Of a DNA stretch of 35,335 nucleotides, positions 17,891 through 25,930 are shown piece by piece. The notes beneath the pieces were generated by a model. The model worked only from the letters and a program-made list of their open reading frames with translations, did not search any database and was not told the origin of the DNA. The stretch comes from Sulfurovum sp. (GTDB taxonomy: Bacteria > Campylobacterota > Campylobacteria > Campylobacterales > Sulfurovaceae). Numbering within the stretch: position 1 is the first letter of the stretch; each line of letters opens with the position of its first letter. The translations under genes were made by a program, and so were the position numbers. The stretch covers positions 1-35,335 of the forward strand of contig JALVXW010000207.1 of assembly GCA_027038155.1 (NCBI GenBank). The letters are read 5' to 3'.

Positions 17891-19588
17891 TTACAACTTA
17901 TCTACAACCTTAATACCTAGTATATCAAGCCCTTGCTTAATTGTCTTAGCTGTAAGATTTGCAAGTTGTAAGCGACTCATCTTAACCTCTTCTTCTACAC
18001 CATCTTTCAAGATAGGGTTTTGTTCATAAAACCGCATAAAGAGTGTTGCGAGTTCATATAAATAGGTGGTAATTTGGTTTGGACTTGCATCTACCGCGGC
18101 ACGGCTTAAGAGATCCTCAAAACGCAACAACATTGTAGCCAATCTATGCTCTAATGCATCACCTATGACAATACTGCCCTCTATAGGTGCATTATACTTT
18201 CTAAAGATACTTTGAATTCTTGCATAGGCATACTGCATATAGAGTGAAGTGTTACCCTCAAATGAAAGCATTTTATCCCAGTTAAAGATGTAGTTAGATT
18301 CACGGTTTATGGAGAGGTCAGCATATTTTACTGCACCTATACCAATAATTTTAGCCAATTCATCTATTTGTTCTGGTGCATACTCCTCTTTATTGTTTAT
18401 GGTCTCCTTAGCTTTAATGACTGCTTCATCAAGGAGGTCTATAAGTTTGACTGTGCCACCATCACGGGTTTTAAATGGTTTACCACTCTTATCCATCATG
18501 GTACCAAAGGCGATGTGTTCAAGTTTTACCTCTTCAGAGACAAAACCTGCCTCTTTTGCAATACGAAATACCTGCTTAAAGTGTCCAGCTTGTCTGGCAT
18601 CTACCACATAAGAGATACGTTTTGCCCCTAAGACTTCTGCTCTATACCATAAAGCGGCAAGGTCAGTGGTTGCATACAGATACCCGCCATCTGCTTTTTG
18701 TACAATCACAGGAACTTCATCACCTTCCAAAAAGACACACTGAGCACCATCGCTCTCTTGCAATATACTTTTGCCAGTCAATGAATCAACAACTTTAGGT
18801 AACATATCATTATAAAAACTCTCTGCACGTACATCATCACGCATAAGATTGACATTTAGCTTCTCGTACACCTCTTCACAGTGACCTAGTGAAATATCTA
18901 TAAACTTTTTCCACAGGTTCAGACAGTGTGCATCACCCGATTGTATCTTAACAACATACTCTCTGGCTTTGTTGGCAAAGTCTGCGTTGGCATCAAACTC
19001 ACCTTTGGCATCTTTGTAAAATTGCTCCAAATCTTTAAGGGTAACTGTGCCATCTTCATCTTTCATCTCAAGATAGGCAATAAGCATTCCAAACTGAGTA
19101 CCCCAGTCACCAATATGGTTTTGGCGTATTACCTCATCTCCCAAAAAGGTAAGAAGGTTTGCCAAAGTATCGCCAATAATGGTTGAACGCAAATGTCCTA
19201 CATGCATCTGTTTGGCCATGTTTGGTCCAGAGTAATCTACTACTACTTTGATAGGGTTCTCTTTTGTGGAGACCCCTACTCTTTCATCCTCTAGAGCACT
19301 TTGGCATTGTGTCGCAATCCAAAGTGGATTTAGCCAAAGGTTAATAAACCCAGGCCCTGCTATCTCTGCTTTAGAGAGCACCCCTGTCAAGTCAAGATGT
19401 TCCACAATGCTTTGGGCTATTGCTCTTGGATTTTTGCCCAGTTTTTTTGAGAGTGCCATAGCACCATTAAACTGATAGTCTCCAAACTCTGGTTTGCTTG
19501 CTTCTGAGACAGACATAGGCTCATGTGCTATACCAGCTTTAGTGAAAGCATCTTTTATAATGTCATTGATGTGTGATTTTAGTTTCAT
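17891..19588 (-). CDS. argS: Arginine--tRNA ligase
   Basis: FGDYQFNG, HIGH-like HVGH, GDWGTQFG, FKTRDG and YMQYAYAR. Start moved to ATG 19588 (MKLKSH) because the ORF track's 26-aa extension is translated repeat sequence. Confidence 0.96.
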   Translation of the reverse strand: MKLKSHINDIIKDAFTKAGIAHEPMSVSEASKPEFGDYQFNGAMALSKKLGKNPRAIAQSIVEHLDLTGVLSKAEIAGPGFINLWLNPLWIATQCQSALEDERVGVSTKENPIKVVVDYSGPNMAKQMHVGHLRSTIIGDTLANLLTFLGDEVIRQNHIGDWGTQFGMLIAYLEMKDEDGTVTLKDLEQFYKDAKGEFDANADFANKAREYVVKIQSGDAHCLNLWKKFIDISLGHCEEVYEKLNVNLMRDDVRAESFYNDMLPKVVDSLTGKSILQESDGAQCVFLEGDEVPVIVQKADGGYLYATTDLAALWYRAEVLGAKRISYVVDARQAGHFKQVFRIAKEAGFVSEEVKLEHIAFGTMMDKSGKPFKTRDGGTVKLIDLLDEAVIKAKETINNKEEYAPEQIDELAKIIGIGAVKYADLSINRESNYIFNWDKMLSFEGNTSLYMQYAYARIQSIFRKYNAPIEGSIVIGDALEHRLATMLLRFEDLLSRAAVDASPNQITTYLYELATLFMRFYEQNPILKDGVEEEVKMSRLQLANLTAKTIKQGLDILGIKVVDKL

Positions 19589-19608
19589 AAATTTTCCGTA
19601 ATATCTTT

Positions 19609-19716
19609 CTCGTTCCCATGCTCTGCGTGGGAATGCATACACAGTCTTTGTAAGTAAGGGGAGCAACTTAGCATTTATAGCTTAAATACGTTCCCATTGA
19701 GGACAATGGGAACGAG
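19609..19716. repeat. REP-like double-hairpin element between tatA and argS
   Basis: Left hairpin CGTTCCCATGC-TCT-GCGTGGGAATG, right hairpin CGTTCCCATTG-AGGA-CAATGGGAACG; the outer ends CTCGTTCCCA / TGGGAACGAG are inverted. Confidence 0.8.
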
Positions 19717-19726
19717 TTTTGAGAAA

Positions 19727-19948
19727 TTAAGCGTTTTCGCTTTTTTTCTCTTCGGTTTTTGCTTCAACTTTTGGTTCTTCAGTTTTAGCAATCTCTTTAG
19801 GCTCTTCATCATCTTCTTTGATGGCCTTTTTAAAGTCTTTTATCCCTTTTCCCATACCTTTTGCAAGATCAGGAATCTTTTTTGCTCCAAAAAGAAGTAC
19901 TACTATCGCCAATACAATAAGTAATTCTGGCATACTTGGCATACCCAT
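19727..19948 (-). CDS. tatA: Twin-arginine translocase subunit TatA
   Basis: [35 protein letters not shown] followed by a charged tail. Confidence 0.95.
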   Translation of the reverse strand: MGMPSMPELLIVLAIVVLLFGAKKIPDLAKGMGKGIKDFKKAIKEDDEEPKEIAKTEEPKVEAKTEEKKSENA

Positions 19949-20004
19949 GTCTATCCTTTAACATTAATTTCAATAATTATACTGCATTATGTTTAATATT
20001 TCTA

Positions 20005-20619
20005 TTAGGCCAACCACTCAGTAATGAATTTATCCTCATCTTCCCTACTTTGTTTCAATCTGGCTGCTTTAGCCACAATAATAAATTTTCGTGTTGCATC
20101 CTCAATATTATCGTTAATAATTGTAAAATCATACTCCCCTACAGCCCTTATCTCGCTCTTTGCATTTTCAATACGATTTATGATTACAGATTCATCATCG
20201 GTACAACGTGCTCTTAATCTTTTTTCAAGTTCTATTAGCGTAGGAGGTGTAATAAACGCCGATGTTGTAATATCATTCATCTTGGCACGTACCAATCTAT
20301 GCCCCTGTACATCAATATCAAAAATAACCAGTTTTCCCTCTACCAAAGCCTCTCTGACTGGCTTTAATGATGTACCATAATAGTTACCATGTACCTCTGC
20401 ATACTCTAAGAAATTTCCAGCTTTAATATCCTCCTCAAAATCCTCTTTGGTAACAAAAAAATAGTCTACACCATTTTTTTCACCTACCCTTGGATTTCTC
20501 GTAGTGGTTGAGATAGAAAAATAATAGTCACCAATCTCTTCAGAAGCAGCATTGATAATAGTGCTTTTTCCTGCACCACTAGGGCCAGAGAGCACAAGTA
20601 TTGCACCTCTTTTTTGCAT
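20005..20619 (-). CDS. gmk: Guanylate kinase
   Basis: SGPSGAGKST, TTRNPR, GVDYFFV, YYGT and DIDVQG. Confidence 0.97.
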   Translation of the reverse strand: MQKRGAILVLSGPSGAGKSTIINAASEEIGDYYFSISTTTRNPRVGEKNGVDYFFVTKEDFEEDIKAGNFLEYAEVHGNYYGTSLKPVREALVEGKLVIFDIDVQGHRLVRAKMNDITTSAFITPPTLIELEKRLRARCTDDESVIINRIENAKSEIRAVGEYDFTIINDNIEDATRKFIIVAKAARLKQSREDEDKFITEWLA

Positions 20620-21416
20620 TAACTGTCTCCCTTTAATTTCATAAAAACTTTTATCTTTTTGCCTTGAAGCAATCTTCTCATCTGTTTTTTTCTCAAACCT
20701 TTTTGCAGTATATTTTCTATATTTTTCATCTCCTCTTCGGCAAGGATAATTTTTGATGGTCTATTTTTTCCAGATCTCTTTTTGACTGTTTTTTTATTTG
20801 TACTCAACGCATCTACAATCTCATTCTCTTCTACAATCTCAACACCCTCATCAACAAGCTGTTTTTTAATCAATTCTACTTTTCGCTTTTCTATATCTTC
20901 TTCAGACAAAAGGTCTTCCACTTCATCCTCTTCACTACTCTCTAAAATAGTTTTAATTTTTTCTATCTCATCATTATCCAACACTTTAGGACTCTCTCTA
21001 TCTGACTCTCTATGTATCTCTTCTGTGGGAATCTCTTTTGGTGCATCCAAGATGCTATCTGCATCTTCAGTTGTGTCTACCAAATCTTCTTTTGCTTTGG
21101 TTATGTTTTTCTCAATATTCTCTTTAAAAAATTCTATAATAAAAGAGGGTAAAAATGGTTTCTTTATTGTAAAATCAAAACCTTCTATTGTCTCATTTGC
21201 ATATGAGATAAACACTCTTTTTATATTTTGGGTATGTTGAAAAAAATCCAAAACATCTGTTTCATAAGCAGACTCGTCCACAAATACCATTGCATACTGC
21301 TTATCTTTTATGGCATCCACTGTAGATACCTCCTCAAGTTCTATATCCACTTCGCCTGCACACAATACAAACAGTCTTGAAACTACAGGATTGGTATTGA
21401 TAAGTAATATATGCAT
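20619..21416 (-). CDS. Hypothetical acidic protein with a degenerate receiver-like N-terminus
   Basis: Start moved to ATG 21416 (GGAG SD). It begins MHILLINTNPVVSRL...IKKPFLP, then has a D/E-rich middle and a basic tail. It occupies the same position upstream of gmk as the Campylobacter 'highly acidic protein'. Confidence 0.7.
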   Translation of the reverse strand: MHILLINTNPVVSRLFVLCAGEVDIELEEVSTVDAIKDKQYAMVFVDESAYETDVLDFFQHTQNIKRVFISYANETIEGFDFTIKKPFLPSFIIEFFKENIEKNITKAKEDLVDTTEDADSILDAPKEIPTEEIHRESDRESPKVLDNDEIEKIKTILESSEEDEVEDLLSEEDIEKRKVELIKKQLVDEGVEIVEENEIVDALSTNKKTVKKRSGKNRPSKIILAEEEMKNIENILQKGLRKKQMRRLLQGKKIKVFMKLKGDS

Positions 21417-21494
21417 CTTAACTCCCAAAAAATAGTATTGAATTAATTATAGTGTAACTCTGATTAGTATTTGATTTGATAGTATGCTTTAAGG

Positions 21495-21571
21495 TGGTAC
21501 ACCCTGCGAGATTCGAACTCACGACCTTCGGTACCGCAAACCGATGCTCTATCCAGCTGAGCTAAGAGTGC
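21495..21571 (-). tRNA. tRNA-Arg (GCG)
   Basis: The reverse complement folds as a 77-nt cloverleaf with anticodon arm TCGGT-TTGCGGT-ACCGA, T-loop GTTCGAAT and encoded CCA. Confidence 0.95.
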
Positions 21572-21644
21572 ACATTTACATGTAGTAGCGATATTTAGAG
21601 CGAAATTATAGCCAAAAAAACTTTATGTTTCAAATATTTTGGGA

Positions 21645-21968
21645 CTATTCTTTGTTTTTCAGTTTATCAAACTTGATAATAAGCTCTATTTTTGAAAGTG
21701 GCATACCCAAAGTTTTTGAAATCTGCTCTTTACTCTCTCCTTCATGAATCATTTTCATCACTGTATCAAAAGAAGAGAAATTCTCTACCACATCTTTGAC
21801 TACCATACGTGATGCTTCATAGTTGGCAATTGTAATATCTTTTACCTCTAGGATTTCATGGAGTTTTTGATTTTCACTGCTTAACTTGGCATTTTTACTC
21901 ATAAGTATCCATAAAACAATAGCCAAACATAGCAATAATCCCAAAACAACTATATCTATGATTTCCAC
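21645..21968 (-). CDS. Hypothetical protein: N-terminal TM helix, coiled segment, C-terminal HTH-like motif
   Basis: Hydrophobic N-terminus and C-terminal GESKEQISKTLGMPLSKIELI; abuts the mqnP stop. Confidence 0.75.
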   Translation of the reverse strand: MEIIDIVVLGLLLCLAIVLWILMSKNAKLSSENQKLHEILEVKDITIANYEASRMVVKDVVENFSSFDTVMKMIHEGESKEQISKTLGMPLSKIELIIKFDKLKNKE

Positions 21969-22844
21969 TTATATTACCTCCATAATGATACACACCATAA
22001 ATATAAACCCCAAATATCCATTTACTGCAAAGAATGCTTTATCTATTTTGGTAAAATCTTTATTGACGATGTAGTGTTCATATGTTAGCATTATAGCAGA
22101 AAAGAGTACTGCCATGTGTGCCCATAGGTTCAAATGGGCTTCTTGTACAAATAGACTCCAAAACAGTACGGCCAACAGATGAAATAGCCTTGCAATCCAC
22201 ATGGTATTTTTTGCACCAAATTTTGAAGGTATTGAGTGTAGATTGTGAGCTTTGTCAAACGCTATATCTTGCAAAGAGTAGAGCAAATCAAACCCAGCTA
22301 CCCAAAACATCACCCCTGTTGCCAAATAGAGTGACCATAACGTTATCTCTCCAGATACTGCTACCACACCCGCTACAGGAGCCAACCCTAGGCTAATACC
22401 GAGTATAAGATGTGCCAGTGCAGAAAAGCGTTTAAAGAGCGTATAGGCACCCAAAACCAACAAAATAGGCACGGCAAGTTTAAGTGCCAAAGCATTAACA
22501 AAATAGGCTACCACAACAAAGATAACTGCATTGATAACGATAAAACCTAATATTTGCAGGTGCGATACCCTGCCATCTACAGAAGGACGCCCCTTTGTTC
22601 TAGGGTTGAGTCTATCGATATCTCTATCAAGATAACGGTTAACGCCCATAGCAAAATTGCGTGCACTAATGGCTGCGAAGATACCCAAAAAAAACAGTCT
22701 CCACCCAAACCACCCCTCTGCGGCAACCAGCATAGCAATAAAAATAAAAGGCAAAGAGAATATAGAGTGTTTAAACATCACCAACTCAGAAAAGTCATTC
22801 AACAACTTAACAAAACGATTCCCTCTTAACGCTTCACTCCTCAC
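21969..22844 (-). CDS. mqnP: UbiA-family prenyltransferase of the futalosine menaquinone pathway (MqnP-like)
   Basis: HSIFSLPF, NRYLDRDIDRLNPRT, AGFDLLYSLQD and HSIPSKFG. The exact start is uncertain: GTG 22844 lies within a 7-mer repeat. Confidence 0.88.
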   Translation of the reverse strand: MRSEALRGNRFVKLLNDFSELVMFKHSIFSLPFIFIAMLVAAEGWFGWRLFFLGIFAAISARNFAMGVNRYLDRDIDRLNPRTKGRPSVDGRVSHLQILGFIVINAVIFVVVAYFVNALALKLAVPILLVLGAYTLFKRFSALAHLILGISLGLAPVAGVVAVSGEITLWSLYLATGVMFWVAGFDLLYSLQDIAFDKAHNLHSIPSKFGAKNTMWIARLFHLLAVLFWSLFVQEAHLNLWAHMAVLFSAIMLTYEHYIVNKDFTKIDKAFFAVNGYLGFIFMVCIIMEVI

Positions 22845-22859
22845 ACTTCACTCCTCATT
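22832..22859 (-). repeat. 7-bp tandem repeat x4 spanning the mqnP SD and start
   Basis: The minus strand reads AATGAGG AGTGAAG TGTGAGG AGTGAAG just after the pssA stop. Confidence 0.75.
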
Positions 22860-22861
22860 CA

Positions 22862-23422
22862 TTATGGATGTGGAATTTTAAGTTTTGAATTTAGTGACCA
22901 AGCAATAGCTGTTACCAAAATGGCAATTATGTATCCACTGCCTATTGCACCATATGCCGTAAGCAAATAAAGGACCCATAGTAAAATAGCTCCAAGAGGA
23001 GTAGGCACACCTTCAAAATACTTCTCTACCTCTCCTACATCTACTTTGAGATTAAACTCAACCAAACGTCTTAAGCCATTGATGATATACCAAATAAATA
23101 CAATTCCCAAAATAAGCTCTTCTATGCCCACAACACCCACATACTGTTTTGTCGCATAAAAGAGTAAAAATGCAGGCATTACCACAAACGAAAGAAAGTC
23201 AGCAAAAGAGTCAAGCTGTATGCCAAACTCCGTTGAGAGGTTGTATTTGCGTGCAAGCTTACCATCTGCAATATCGCATGCCCCTCCTATCCATGCCAAC
23301 ACAATAGCCGTAAAAAAATCTCCCTTTACAATAAAATAGATTGCTACAATTCCCATTGTAATATTAAGATACGTAACAATATTGGCGATATTGAAACGAT
23401 TGTTTTTGTCAAATAAATCCAT
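22862..23422 (-). CDS. pssA: CDP-alcohol phosphatidyltransferase (phosphatidylserine synthase-like)
   Basis: DIADGKLAR...FGIQLDSFADFLSF signature and YFEGVPTP. Start moved to ATG 23422 (AAGGA SD). Confidence 0.8.
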   Translation of the reverse strand: MDLFDKNNRFNIANIVTYLNITMGIVAIYFIVKGDFFTAIVLAWIGGACDIADGKLARKYNLSTEFGIQLDSFADFLSFVVMPAFLLFYATKQYVGVVGIEELILGIVFIWYIINGLRRLVEFNLKVDVGEVEKYFEGVPTPLGAILLWVLYLLTAYGAIGSGYIIAILVTAIAWSLNSKLKIPHP

Positions 23423-23466
23423 TCTTATCCTTTGGTTAAAAGATAATTTTACCTTGTTTGGGGTTA

Positions 23467-23475
23467 TGGTATGAT
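23467..23475 (+). promoter_or_regulatory. Extended -10 positioned for a leaderless miaA mRNA
   Basis: TG-G-TATGAT-TACAAC-ATG, with no SD before ATG 23482. Confidence 0.55.
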
Positions 23476-23481
23476 TACAAC

Positions 23482-24414
23482 ATGAAAACTCATAGCAAAT
23501 CTTTTTCTCAACTGGCACTCATTGGCTCTACGGCATCAGGGAAAACAGCACTCTCTATTGAACTTGCACAAAAAACCAATGCCTACATATTGTCACTGGA
23601 CTCTTTGGCTATTTACAAAAAGATAGATATTGTTTCCGCTAAACCAACACCAGAAGAACGCCAAGGCATTAGGCATTTTGGTATTGACATTATATATCCT
23701 GATGAGAATTTTGATGTGAATACTTATATTTCCCTCTATCATAAAGTAAGACAACAATGTAAAGAGGACGGTAAAAATCTTATTATCGTAGGAGGGACAA
23801 GTTTTTATCTTAAAATACTTATTGAGGGTATCAGTATCATGCCAAAAATAAGTGATAGTACAAAAAAAGAAGCCTCTACACATTTAAAAAGCCTAAACAA
23901 AACATATCAATGGCTAGACAAGCTAGATCATACGTATATGGCCCACATCGCATCCGCAGACCGTTATCGCATAGAGAAAGCACTCTCTATCTATCTTGAA
24001 ACTGGTTTAACCCCTACAGAGTATTTTACTCTGCATCCTCCTCAACCTGTCATAAAAGAACCCTTGCCCCTTTATCAAATTACGTGGGAGAGAGAAATAC
24101 TCAAAGAGCGTATAGCATTACGTACCCAACTTATGTTAAATGATGGTCTTATAGATGAAGTATGTATGCTAGAAAAAAAGTATAGCCGTGCCCCAAACAG
24201 TATGAAATCTATTGGGATTAAAGAGACATTAGCGTATCTTGATGGATGTTACGATAAAGAAATGCTTACTCAAAAGATTACTACCAATACTGCTCGTCTT
24301 GCAAAAAGACAAAATACATTTAATAATTCTCAGTTTAATAATGTTGTAAAAGGAAGTGTAGAAGTGCTGAAAAAGAAGATGTTACTGTCTATGAACTATG
24401 GAATACAGGGTTGA
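23482..24414 (+). CDS. miaA: tRNA dimethylallyltransferase
   Basis: GSTASGKT, SLDSLAIYK, SAKP, VGGTSFY and LAKRQNT. Start moved to ATG 23482. Confidence 0.95.
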   Translation: MKTHSKSFSQLALIGSTASGKTALSIELAQKTNAYILSLDSLAIYKKIDIVSAKPTPEERQGIRHFGIDIIYPDENFDVNTYISLYHKVRQQCKEDGKNLIIVGGTSFYLKILIEGISIMPKISDSTKKEASTHLKSLNKTYQWLDKLDHTYMAHIASADRYRIEKALSIYLETGLTPTEYFTLHPPQPVIKEPLPLYQITWEREILKERIALRTQLMLNDGLIDEVCMLEKKYSRAPNSMKSIGIKETLAYLDGCYDKEMLTQKITTNTARLAKRQNTFNNSQFNNVVKGSVEVLKKKMLLSMNYGIQG

Positions 24415-24427
24415 TAAAATCAACCCT
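24407..24427. terminator. Hairpin overlapping the miaA stop, between convergent miaA and nuoN
   Basis: Perfect 9-bp stem AGGGTTGAT-AAA-ATCAACCCT; there is no clear U-tract, so the terminator role is uncertain. Confidence 0.5.
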
Positions 24428-24439
24428 CAAATCAATAGA

Positions 24440-25930
24440 CTAATAACCACTCATACTAATCATATCATGCAAGTAAGAAATCAATGGTTGTATATAGAAT
24501 ATCGCTGTTACCGTCGCAATGGTAGCAAGACCAATAATAGCCATAAGTGGTTTAGAGATGTTATAGTATACAGTATCTACATCTTTTACTGGATCTTTTA
24601 GGAACATATATACAATGAGTTTCAAATAGTAATATGCAGCGATTGCTGAGTTAAGCCCCATAATAATAGCTAACCAAACATAACCAGAATTTACAGCAGC
24701 CTGCATCACATAGATTTTGCCCCAGAATACCGAGAATGGTGGTACACCTGCAAGTGAAAGCATAAAAAGAGCCATCACCACTGCGCCCATTGGCATAATA
24801 TTGATAAGTCCTGCAAATTTTTCATAGGGGTGGTCATATCGTGCATTAAATCTACGTTTTTTATGACGAGAAATCCACAACATTGCAAAGGCACCAAGAT
24901 TGGTAAACATAAAGAGCGCATAGTACAAGAAGATAGCAGTATTTCCATCTGTTGTATTGAGTGCCAGTGCTGCCATAATAAACCCAGCATGAGAGATAGA
25001 TGAGTAAGCAAGCATACGTTTGACATCATTTTGCACCAATGCCATGATATTGGCAAGTGTCATAGTAAGTACAGACATAGCCAAGATGACTATGCGTACC
25101 CATTCAACTCCAAGGTCAATATACATACCAAAAATTCTAATACTCACAACAAATGCAGCAACTTTAGGTACAACAGACATATATCCAGCCAATGGTGCAG
25201 AAGCACCTTCATAGACATCTGGAGCCCATGTATGGAAAGGAAAAAGAGAGAGTTTAAATGCAAAAGCAACCAACAACAGTACCGATGAACCAAAAATAGC
25301 AATCATTAATCCTGTTTCATTCATGCGAACAGCTAATACTTCTGCCACTTTATAAAGTTCTATAGAACCCGTCAAAGCATACACTACTGCTGAACCCATA
25401 GCAAAAAATGCCGCCGCCAAAGCACCCATGGTAAAGTATTTTACCGCTGCTTCATAAGAGTTGACTCTGTTATGTAATGCAATCAATGTATAGAGTGCCA
25501 AAGAGGCTGTTTCAATTCCCACAAAAATAAGAATCAAGTTGTCTGATGCCACCATAAATTGGAATCCTGCAACCATAAACAAAAAGAGTGCAAAAAATTC
25601 AGGATATGAATACTCATGAAATCTCTTTGATGTGAGTGCAAGAGGAATAAATATCATAGATGCAACAATCAGCATAAGTTGAGAAATAATAGAGATACCA
25701 TCTATAAGCATGACATCAAAAAATCCACGTTCATTGACAGTAAGTCCTAATACAGATCCAAGGTCAATAAACAGAATTAATACAGTCAACATTACATAGA
25801 GAGATTTATCTAACTTCTTATTGATCAAATCTAAGACAAGAATAACTAAACCACCAGCTATAGCAATCAGCATTGGGGCAAGTGTTATTAGGTTTAGACT
25901 CTCTAAACTCACATTAATAGGCGTTAACAT
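24440..25930 (-). CDS. nuoN: NADH-quinone oxidoreductase subunit N
   Basis: EAAVKYF, AFKLSLFPFHTWAPDVYEG, KRMLAYSSISHAG and SLAGVPP; last gene of the nuo operon. Confidence 0.96.
   Translation of the reverse strand: MLTPINVSLESLNLITLAPMLIAIAGGLVILVLDLINKKLDKSLYVMLTVLILFIDLGSVLGLTVNERGFFDVMLIDGISIISQLMLIVASMIFIPLALTSKRFHEYSYPEFFALFLFMVAGFQFMVASDNLILIFVGIETASLALYTLIALHNRVNSYEAAVKYFTMGALAAAFFAMGSAVVYALTGSIELYKVAEVLAVRMNETGLMIAIFGSSVLLLVAFAFKLSLFPFHTWAPDVYEGASAPLAGYMSVVPKVAAFVVSIRIFGMYIDLGVEWVRIVILAMSVLTMTLANIMALVQNDVKRMLAYSSISHAGFIMAALALNTTDGNTAIFLYYALFMFTNLGAFAMLWISRHKKRRFNARYDHPYEKFAGLINIMPMGAVVMALFMLSLAGVPPFSVFWGKIYVMQAAVNSGYVWLAIIMGLNSAIAAYYYLKLIVYMFLKDPVKDVDTVYYNISKPLMAIIGLATIATVTAIFYIQPLISYLHDMISMSGY

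Noticed and set aside
19589-19666. 26-aa N-terminal extension of ArgS in the ORF track (MLPLL...FPRRAWER...)
   Set aside because: It is a translation of the palindromic repeat. ATG 19588 has a GGA SD-like sequence and gives a normal ArgS N-terminus.
23423-23518. Apparent head-to-head overlap of pssA and miaA
   Set aside because: It results from choosing the longest ORFs. Better starts at 23422 and 23482 remove it.
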